Assembly (NCBI GenBank): GCA_963733175.1
Contig: CAVTCL010000023.1
Coordinates: 1,130-65,129, forward strand
Length of the DNA: 64,000 nucleotides
DNA from: an uncultured Actinomycetota bacterium
Lineage (GTDB): Bacteria > Actinomycetota > CALGFH01
Direction of reading: 5' to 3'
The translations under genes were made by a program, and so were the position numbers. Below the pieces are notes generated by a model, which searched no databases, had not been told where the DNA came from, and saw only the letters and a list, made by a program, of their open reading frames with translations. This document shows, in pieces, positions 38,523 through 46,195 of this stretch (position 1 is its first letter; each line of letters starts with the position of its first letter).

Positions 38523-39635
38523 ATGACCACTCCCGCGGCCGACGAGGGTCGCGCGACCGGCATCACCATGGAGGAGCTGGCGCTGGCCGCCCGCAACCAC
38601 GGCATGCCGATGGAGGCGCTGCGCTACGACCTCACCCCGGTCGGGCTGCACTACCTGCTGATCCACTTCGACATCCCCGAGGCCGACGAGCGCAGCTGGA
38701 CGCTGGAGATCGGCGGGCGGGTGGCGGCGCCGCGGACCCTCACCATGGAGGAGCTGCGCCGGCGCCCGGAGGTGACCGCGCCGGTGACCATGGAGTGCGC
38801 CGGCAACGGCCGGGCCCGCCTGGACCCGCGGCCGGTCAGCCAGCCCTGGCTGGAGGAGGCGGTGGGGACGGCCGAGTGGACGGGCACGCCCCTGCGGCCC
38901 CTGCTCGAGGAGGCCGGGGCCGGCCCGGACGCCGTCGAGGTGCTGTTCGGCGGCGCCGACCGCGGCGTCCAGGGCGGGCTGGAGCACGACTACGAGCGCA
39001 GCCTGCCCCTGGACGAGGCGATGCGCGAGGAGGTCCTGCTCGCCTGGGGGATCAACGGCCGGCCGCTGCCGCCCCAGCACGGCTACCCGCTGCGGCTGGT
39101 CGTGCCCGGCTGGTACGGCATGACCTCGGTCAAGTGGCTGCGCCGGATCAGCGTGCTCACCGAGCCGTTCACCGGCTTCCAGCAGACCGGCAGCTACCTG
39201 ATCCACGCCTTCGAGGGCGACCCCGGGACGCCGGTGACCCGCATCCAGCCCCGCTCGCTGCTGCTGCCGCCCGGCATCCCAGAGTTCGAGTCCCGGCTCC
39301 GGCTCCTCCCGCCCGGCCGGCACCTGCTGACCGGCCGCGCCTGGTCGGGCCTGGCCCCGGTGGCCGGGGTCGAGGTCAGCACCGACGGCGGCCGGAGCTG
39401 GCAGCCGGCCGAGCTGGACCGCCAGCCGTCCCCCTGGGCCTGGGCCGGGTGGCGGTTCGCCTGGGAGGCGTCCCCCGGCACCTACGAGCTGTGCTCGCGG
39501 GCCACCGACGCCGCCGGCAACACCCAGCCCATGGAGGCGCCCTGGAACACCGGCGGCTACGTCAACAACGCCGTCCAGCGGGTGCCGGTCACCGTCGGCC
39601 CGGCCCCCACCGGCGCCGGGGCCGGGTCGGCCTGA
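38523..39635 (+). CDS. sulfite-oxidase-like molybdopterin oxidoreductase
   Basis: VTMECAGNGR (Mo-ligand Cys), GYPLRLVVPGWYG.TSVKWL, Ig-like dimerisation C-terminus. No signal peptide. Confidence 0.8.
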   Translation: MTTPAADEGRATGITMEELALAARNHGMPMEALRYDLTPVGLHYLLIHFDIPEADERSWTLEIGGRVAAPRTLTMEELRRRPEVTAPVTMECAGNGRARLDPRPVSQPWLEEAVGTAEWTGTPLRPLLEEAGAGPDAVEVLFGGADRGVQGGLEHDYERSLPLDEAMREEVLLAWGINGRPLPPQHGYPLRLVVPGWYGMTSVKWLRRISVLTEPFTGFQQTGSYLIHAFEGDPGTPVTRIQPRSLLLPPGIPEFESRLRLLPPGRHLLTGRAWSGLAPVAGVEVSTDGGRSWQPAELDRQPSPWAWAGWRFAWEASPGTYELCSRATDAAGNTQPMEAPWNTGGYVNNAVQRVPVTVGPAPTGAGAGSA

Positions 39636-39655
39636 CCGGCGGGAGCCCCCAGGGC

Positions 39656-40812
39656 ATGGACGCCGCGTCCTGGTGGCAACGGCTGCGGCGCGTCCCCGCG
39701 CCGGTGGTCGACGCCATCCTGGCCGTGGGCCTGGCGGTGGCGGTGACGGTGGCCATCGCCGTGGCTCCGGAGCAGGGCCGGCCGGCGCCGGCGGCCGCCT
39801 ACGCGCTGGGACCCGCCATCGGGGCCCTGGCCCTGTTCCGGCGGCGCTGGCCGCTCGGGGTGCTGCTGGCCTCGGCGGCCGTGCTGGCCTTCTACAACCT
39901 GTTCGACAACCCGGGCCTGTTCTCGGCGGTGCCGCTGTCGGTGGCCCTGGCCACCGCCTGGGCCGCCGGCCGCCGCGTCTGGGCGCTGCTGGTCGCGGCC
40001 TACTTCGGCGGCGGCCCGCTCGTCTTCGTGGCCGTCTCCGACCTCCCCGCCGACTTCGCCGCCCAGGTGGTCTACGGCGCCGTCTCGGACCTCGCCCTGC
40101 TGGCCGCGGTGCTGCTGCTGGGCGAGGCGGTGCGCGGCCGCCGCGCCCTCGACCAGGAGCACCGCCTGCTGCTGGCTGAGCAGGACCGCTCTGAGCGGCT
40201 GCTGCTGAATGTCCTGCCGTCCCCGATCGCGGCCCGGCTCAAGCAGGGCGAGGCGGTGATCGCCGACGGGTTCTCGGAGGTCACCGTGCTCTTCGCCGAC
40301 CTGGTGGACTTCACCCGGCGCAGCCAGCAGACCACCCCGGAGCAGGTGGTGCAGGTCCTGGACGGCCTGTTCTCGGCCCTCGACCGGCTGGCCGAGCGCC
40401 ACGGCCTGGAGAAGATCAAGACCATCGGGGATGCCTACATGGCCGTCGGGGGGCTGCCCGAGCCCCGGCCCGACCACGCCGAGGCGGTGGCCGAGATGGC
40501 CCTGGCCGTGCGCGAGGAGGTCCCCCGCCACCGCGACCCGGCCGGCCAGCCCCTGGCCGTGCGCATCGGCATCGACACCGGCCCGGTGGTGGCCGGGGTG
40601 ATCGGCACCACCAAGTTCAGCTACGACCTGTGGGGCGACACCGTCAACACGGCCAGCCGCATGGAGTCGCGCGGGGTGGTCGGCTGCATCCAGGTGACCG
40701 AGCGGACCTACCGGCGGCTGCGGGACGGCTACCGTTCGAGCGCCGGGGGCCGGTCCAGGTCAAGGGCAAGGGCGAGCTGGTCACCTGGTTCCTCCTCGGG
40801 AGGATCGAATGA
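39656..40812 (+). pseudogene. membrane-anchored class III adenylate cyclase, frame broken at ~40731
   Basis: About 6 TM helices, then VLFADLVDFT, KTIGDAYMAVGG, LWGDTVNTASRMES. The last 27 aa (FERRGPVQVKGKGELVTWFLLGRIE) lie in ORF 40630..40812 after loss of a T in CGTT(T)CGAG. Confidence 0.8.
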
Positions 40813-40825
40813 CGGCCGACGAGCG

Positions 40826-41080
40826 CTACCGCCCGGCACGCCCTGCGGGGCCCGGGGCGAGCAGGCGCATGGCGTCGTCGGCCGCCTCCTCGAGGGTCCT
40901 GGCCGCCCCGGCCGCCTGGGCGCGGTCGTAGGCGGCGTCGCCCAGGCGCCGGTGGACCGCGGCCAGGGCGGTGGCGATCCGGGCCGCCTCGGCGCCGTAG
41001 GACCGGCTCGGCGCCACCTCCCGGACGCTGGCGGCGAGGGCGGCGGCGGGCTCGTCGCGGCCGGTCCTGGCGAGCAGGAC
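40826..41080 (-). pseudogene. possible 3' remnant of a TPR/STAND-type regulator gene
   Basis: Only the C-terminal ~75 aa of ORF 40826..41149 look protein-like (LARTGRDEPAAALAASVREVAP...AAGAARTLEEAADDAMRLL). No credible N-terminus. Confidence 0.3.
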
Positions 41081-41087
41081 GACGAGG

Positions 41088-41280
41088 TTGCGCGTGTTCG
41101 AGGTCCCGGAGCTGCTGGAGCACGACCGGTTCCGGCTCCGCCCGATCACCGTCGACGACCTGGCCGAGGACTACGACACGGTCATGTCGCTCGACGAGAC
41201 GCGACTGCTGGGCTGTGTCTACGTCGATCCGCCGGAGACGGCGGGCTACGACGCCGAGGTGTCGCTGTGGGTGGGGATCC
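41088..41280 (+). pseudogene. possible GNAT acetyltransferase remnant with internal deletion
   Basis: VPELLEHDRFRLRPITVDDLAEDYDTVMS jumps directly to LLGCVYVDPPETAGYDAEVSLWV. The middle of the fold is absent and the tail is non-protein-like. Confidence 0.35.
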
Positions 41281-41445
41281 CCTACAGATGGGGGCGGGTG
41301 AGCCGGGGCCGGGGCGGGTACGTTGGAGGAATGAGCCTGAAGTCCGACCGCCCGCGGGAACCCGCCCAGCCGTCGGTCGTCGCCGCCGCCGGCTGATGGG
41401 ACAGGCCACTCGGGCATCGGAGCTCCGGCGGGCGCTGGGGCCCAG

Positions 41446-42633
41446 GTGAGCGGCCGCCCCGACGGCGGCGGGCCGGCGGTGGACGCCGCCGGGGACTTCG
41501 GCGAGTTCGACGGGCGGGCCTGGCTGAACTGCGCCCACCAGGGGCCGCTGCCGCTGGTCGCGGTTGCGGTGGCCGAGCGGGCGCTGGCCGACAAGGCCGC
41601 CCCGCACCGGATGGGCGACGAGGCGTTCGCGGAGGTCCCGCGCCGGCTCAAGGACGCCCTTGGCCGCCTGGTCGGGGTCCCGGCCGAGGAGGTGATCCTC
41701 GGCAACAGCACCACCTACGGGCTCCAGCTGCTGGTCCAGGGGGTCGACTGGCGGGACGGGGACGAGGTCCTGCTGGTGGACGGCGACTTCCCGGCCACGA
41801 TCGTGCCCTGGCTGCCCCTGGCCGACCATGGGGTGCGGGTCCGGCTGCTGCGGCCCGAGGGCGGGGTGCTGGACGCCGGCCAGCTCGAGGCGGAGCTGAC
41901 CCCGGCCACGCGGCTGTTCTGCACCAGCTGGGTGTTCTCCTTCACCGGGCACGCGGTCGACCTGGCCGCGCTCGGCGGGGTGTGCCGCCGGGCCGGGGTG
42001 ACCTTCGTCGTCAACGGCTCCCAGGCCGTCGGCGCCAGGCCCCTCGACCTGGCCGGGCTGCCCGTGGACGCGCTGGTGAGCTGCGGGTTCAAGTGGCTCT
42101 GCGGCCCGTACGGGACCGGCTTCTGCTGGCTGGCCCCCGACCTGCTGGCCTCGCTCACCTACCGGCCGGCCTACTGGCTGGGTCACCTCGGCCAGGACGA
42201 CCTCGGCCAGGAGGCCGCCTACCGGCTGCGCGACGACGTCGGCGCCGCCACCTACGACGTGTTCGGCACGGCCAACTTCCTCACCTTCCGGCCCTGGACG
42301 GCCTCGGTCGAGTACCTGCTGGGCCTCGGCATCGACCGGGTCGCCGCCCGCGACCAGGCGCTGGTCGAGCGGTTCCTTCGGGGCCTGGACCCGGACCGCT
42401 ACCGGCTGGCCAGTCCCAGCCAGGGTCCCCGGCGCTCCACCCTGGTCGTGTTCGGCCACCACCGGCCCGAGCGCACTCCGGAGCTGTACCGGCGCCTGGA
42501 GGCGGCCGGGGTCGATGTGGCCTTCCGGCGCGGGCGGCTGCGGGTGTCCCCGCACCTGTACAACACCGAGGCCGACCTCGACCGCGCCCTGGAGGTGCTC
42601 GACGGTCACACCGCCCCGGTAGGTTCCGGCTGA
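41446..42633 (+). CDS. aminotransferase class V-fold PLP-dependent enzyme
   Basis: 395-aa ORF. SCGFKWLCGPYGTG (PLP lysine) and a cysteine-desulfurase/IscS-like fold pattern. Confidence 0.8.
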   Translation: MSGRPDGGGPAVDAAGDFGEFDGRAWLNCAHQGPLPLVAVAVAERALADKAAPHRMGDEAFAEVPRRLKDALGRLVGVPAEEVILGNSTTYGLQLLVQGVDWRDGDEVLLVDGDFPATIVPWLPLADHGVRVRLLRPEGGVLDAGQLEAELTPATRLFCTSWVFSFTGHAVDLAALGGVCRRAGVTFVVNGSQAVGARPLDLAGLPVDALVSCGFKWLCGPYGTGFCWLAPDLLASLTYRPAYWLGHLGQDDLGQEAAYRLRDDVGAATYDVFGTANFLTFRPWTASVEYLLGLGIDRVAARDQALVERFLRGLDPDRYRLASPSQGPRRSTLVVFGHHRPERTPELYRRLEAAGVDVAFRRGRLRVSPHLYNTEADLDRALEVLDGHTAPVGSG

Positions 42634-42634
42634 C

Positions 42635-43576
42635 ATGGACCGGCACCCGAGCGACCCGGCCACGGCGGCGGCGGCCACGCCCCGGCGGCTGCTGGAGACC
42701 GGGCGCGGCAGCCGCCCGGGGTCGTTCGGGCCCACCGAGTGGCTGCTGCTGGCCAGCGTGGCCCTCATCTGGGGGTCCTCGTTCCTGTTCATCGACATCG
42801 GGCTGGAGGCGCTCGAGCCGGGCGTGATCGCGGTCGCCCGGGTCGCCCTCGGGGTGGCGGCGCTGGCCCTGGTCCCGGCGGCGCGGCGCCCGATCGGCCG
42901 CGAGGACCGCCTGCGGGTCGCCTTCCTCGGCGTGATCTGGGCCGGCCTGCCGCTGCTGCTGTTCCCGGTCGCCCAGCAGTGGATCGACTCGTCGGTGGCC
43001 GGCATGCTGAACGGGGCGGTGCCGCTGGCCGGGGCCGCCTGGGCGGTGGTGCTGCTGCGCCGCCCGCTGCCCCGCACCCACGCCGTCGGGCTGCTGATCG
43101 GCTTCGCCGGCGTCCTGGCCATCTCCTGGCCGCAGCTCCAGGGCTCGCGGGCCACCATGCTCGGCGCCAGCCTGGTCATCCTCGCCGTCCTCTGCTACGG
43201 CCTGGCCCTCAACCTGGCGGTGCCGCTGCAGCAGCGCCACGGCGCCCTCCCGGTGCTGCTCCGGGCCCAGCTCGCCGCCCTGGTCCTGCTGCTGCCGTTC
43301 GGGCTGTGGGGCCTTGCCGGCTCCCGCTTCGCCTGGGGTCCGGTGCTGGCCATGGTGCCGCTCGGGGTGCTGGGGACCGGGGTCGCCTTCGTCCTGATGA
43401 CCACCCTGGTCGGCCGCGTCGGCGGTCCCCGCGGGGCCGTCGCCACCTACTTCATCCCGGTCGTGGCCATCGTCCTCGGGGTGCTCCTGCTCGGCGAGCG
43501 GGTCGCCCCGGCCGCCGTCGCCGGGACCGCGCTGGTGGTCGCCGGCGCCTGGCTGACCTCCCGCCCCGACCGCTGA
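42635..43576 (+). CDS. EamA/DMT family transporter
   Basis: 313 aa, ten predicted TM helices in two EamA repeats (ALIWGSSFLFI...). Confidence 0.8.
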   Translation: MDRHPSDPATAAAATPRRLLETGRGSRPGSFGPTEWLLLASVALIWGSSFLFIDIGLEALEPGVIAVARVALGVAALALVPAARRPIGREDRLRVAFLGVIWAGLPLLLFPVAQQWIDSSVAGMLNGAVPLAGAAWAVVLLRRPLPRTHAVGLLIGFAGVLAISWPQLQGSRATMLGASLVILAVLCYGLALNLAVPLQQRHGALPVLLRAQLAALVLLLPFGLWGLAGSRFAWGPVLAMVPLGVLGTGVAFVLMTTLVGRVGGPRGAVATYFIPVVAIVLGVLLLGERVAPAAVAGTALVVAGAWLTSRPDR

Positions 43577-43586
43577 AGGAGGACCC

Positions 43587-44445
43587 ATGCCGCAACGGTC
43601 GCTGACCGTCGGGACCGTCCAGGTCACCGCCGTGTGCGACGTCACCGGCGACTTCCCCGTCCCCCTCGACCAGGCCTTCCCCGGGGTCGAGGCGGCGGCG
43701 TGGGCGCCCTGGCGGCGCCGCCACCCGGACGCCTTCAGCGGCCACGACCGCTGGCGGCTGCGCGACTGGTGCTTCGTGGTCCGGGCCCGGGAGCGGGTGG
43801 TGCTGGTCGACACCGGGGTCGGGGGCGAGGGGGTGCCCGGCGCCACCTGGATCGGGACGCCGGGACGGCTCCCCGAGGAGCTGGCCGCCGCCGGGGTCGA
43901 GCCGGACGAGATCGACCTGGTCGTCCTCACCCACCTGCACCTCGACCACATCGGCTGGAACCTGGCCTGGGACGGCGACCGGCCCCGGCCGCGGTTCCCG
44001 AGGGCCCGCTACCTGGTCCAGCGGGCCGACTGGGAGCTGTTCGCCGCCAGGGGCGACGAGGGACCGGGCGGCGTTCGACCGCTGCGTGGCCCCGCTCCAG
44101 TCCCTCGGGGTGGCCGAGCTGCTGGACGGCGACCGGGTCCTCGACGACCAGCTCAGCCTGGTCCACACCCCCGGGCACACCCCGGGCTCGCAGAGCCTGC
44201 TGGTCCGCTCCGGCGACGACGCGGCCCTGCTCTGGGGCGACGTCGCCAACCACCCGGCCCAGGTCGGCGAGCCCGACTGGGGGCCGGGCAGCGACGTCCA
44301 GCCCGAGGTGGCCCGAGGCACCAGGCGGCACCTGCTCGACCGCATCGAGAGCGAGAGCATGTGGCTCGCCCCGGCCCACTTCCCCGAGCCGTTCGGCACC
44401 GTGACCCGGGACGCGGACGGCCGCCGCTGGCAGGGCCGCCGGTGA
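43587..44445 (+). pseudogene. MBL-fold metallo-hydrolase, frame broken at ~44059
   Basis: VVLVDTGVG and THLHLDHIGWN lie in ORF 43587... After GDE the sequence continues in ORF 44086..44445 (DRAAFDRCVAPLQSLG..., HTPGHTPGS). Confidence 0.75.
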
Positions 44446-44462
44446 CGGCAGGGCCGGCCGCC
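44167..44462 (+). repeat. 296-bp direct repeat, copy 1 (3' end of the MBL hydrolase gene plus 17 nt downstream)
   Basis: Aligns colinearly with 45898-46193 at a constant offset of 1731 nt with about 10 mismatches. Confidence 0.9.
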
Positions 44463-44533
44463 TCCCAGGCCGGAGCCCCGGTCGTCGTGGGCGCGGGTGA
44501 GCGGCGCAAATCGGCTGTCATGGAGTCGCCGGG

Positions 44534-45410
44534 TCAGGCGGCGGCACCGTGTTTTCGATGTGGTGGGGTGGCAGTCGAGCCGGCCATCTGGCTGGCGGGT
44601 GAGCTGCCAGCCGCCCTCGTGGACCGCGCGATGGTGGGCCCGGCAGAGCAGGGCCAGGTTGTCGAGGTCGGTGGGGCCGCCGTGGAGCCAATGTCGGAGG
44701 TGGTGGGCTTCGCACCAGGCCGGGGGTCGGTCGCAGCCGGCCACCACACAGCCGCCGTCGCGGACGATCAGGGCGGTGCGTTGGGCGGGGGTGACGACCC
44801 GGCTGGTCCGGCCGACCTCCAGCGGTTGGGTGGGGGCGCCGCCCAGGGTCGGGGGGAGCCGGGTCGCCGCCGTCTGGAGCCAGCCCGCCAGGCCTGGCAT
44901 CGCCGCTGGGGTAGTGGGCCGCTGGGTGGTCGTCGCCGTCCGGGTCCTGGTGGGTGGGGTGGCGGGTGACCAGGACCCGGGTGACGGCGGCGTCGCAGGC
45001 CAGCCGCCGGCAGGTCTCGGGGTCCAGCGGCCAGGGCCCGCCGGTCTCCCCGCCCAGCCCATCGGGGTGGCTGAGGAGGCTGTCCAGGTCCACGGTGACC
45101 AGCAGCTGGGGGCGGACCCCACCGCTCTGGGGGAGTTGGCCGCTCTCCAGGGTGCGGCGGGCCAGCTCGGTCAGGGCATCGGCGCGTACGCTGGCCACCG
45201 CTGCGCGCATCCTGGGCGTCGGTGGGGCGGGCCAACGGCTCCAAGGCGGCGAGCAGGGTCTGGCCGGCCTCGGGGTCCAACAACCCCTGGAGGGCGACCA
45301 TGCCCTCCCAGGTGGGCGACAGCCACAGGCCCCGCCGCTGATGCTGCCGTTCGGCCTGGGCCTGGGCACCGTCGGGGTCGGCGACCAGCGCCTGAACCCC
45401 GCTTGTGTCC
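44534..45410 (-). pseudogene. DUF222/HNH endonuclease (13E12-repeat type) remnant, 5'-truncated and multiply frameshifted
   Basis: Segments over three frames: ERQHQRRGLWLSPTWEGMVALQGLLDPEAG; RADALTELARRTLESGQLPQSGGVRPQLLVTVDL...RRLACDAAVTRVLV; VVTPAQRTALIVRDGGCVVAGCDRPPAWCEAHHLRHWLHGGPTDLDNLALLCRAHHRAVHEGGW. The first ~200 aa are absent. Confidence 0.7.
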
Positions 45411-45897
45411 CGGCCGGTGTTCTGGCCGGCTGGCTGGTCGAATGGGTGTTCGAGTCCATGGTAGCAACCTATCAGCCCCGCACTCCAAGGCAAGCACCAA
45501 GCCGAAAATGTGGATAACCCAGCCGTCACCGACTTCACCAGACCCAGCATCGAGGGATCGACCGCGGCGGTGGACAGCCGCAGGCACCTCACCTTGTCGG
45601 CGACGATCCCCGATCAAGGCCCAGCGCTCGGACCCAGGTCGTCGCAGCGTACCCACCGGGTCGAGGGCAACCCCGTGCCAGGCAACTGCATGGGGCCCCG
45701 ACACCCGTGACCACCCTGCCAGCTCCCCGCACGGGACCCCGACGACCCCAGGCACCCGACCCACCCTGCCACCCAACCACACGGGACCCGACGGCCCCGG
45801 GAAGGCCCACCCGACCCCGACCCGACGCCTGCATCCAATTCCCCTCAACCGGGGTACCTGACCGGCTCCCTAGCCCGGCCCCGTCTTGAGGGCGGCG

Positions 45898-46193
45898 ACC
45901 CCCGGGCACACCCCGGGCTCGCAGAGCCTGCTGGTCCGCTCCGGCGACGACGCGGCCCTGCTCTGGGGCGACGTCGCCAACCACCCGGCCCAGGTCGGCG
46001 AGCCCGACTGGGGGCCGGCCAGCGACGTCCAGCCCGAGGTGGCCCGCGGCACCAGGAGGCACCTGCTCGACCGGATCGAGAGCGAGGGCATGTGGCTCGC
46101 CCCGGCCCACTTCCCCGAGCCGTTCGGCACCGTGACCCGGGACGGGGACGTCCGCCGCTGGCAGGGCCGCCGATGACGGCAGCGCCGGCCGCC
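45898..46193 (+). repeat. 296-bp direct repeat, copy 2 (orphan 3' fragment of the MBL hydrolase gene), preceded by a 27-nt copy of the downstream gene's 3' end (45870-45896)
   Basis: ORF 45886..46176 reads ...HTPGSQSLLVRSGDDAALLWGDVANHPAQVGEPDWGP..., nearly identical to ORF 44086..44445. CTAGCCCGGCCCCGTCTTGAGGGCGGC at 45870 copies 46196-46222. Confidence 0.9.
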
Positions 46194-46195
46194 GG

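Noticed and set aside
4382-40812. Functional link between the two class III cyclases or the cNMP-binding protein and the GAF-TIR/SLATT pair
   Set aside because: They are 11-47 kb away and separated by unrelated operons. Such cyclases are common in actinobacterial genomes. Nothing in the sequence ties them together.
45430-45480. tRNA-like fragment (GGTGTTCGAGTCC resembles a T-arm) that could mark an integration site
   Set aside because: The flanks do not form a 5-bp T-stem or an acceptor stem. No D-arm or anticodon arm is recognisable upstream. It is most likely a chance match.
45711-45815. Possible CRISPR-like repeats
   Set aside because: There are only two adjacent imperfect units with no spacers. 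No CRISPR array or cas genes are present anywhere in the window.
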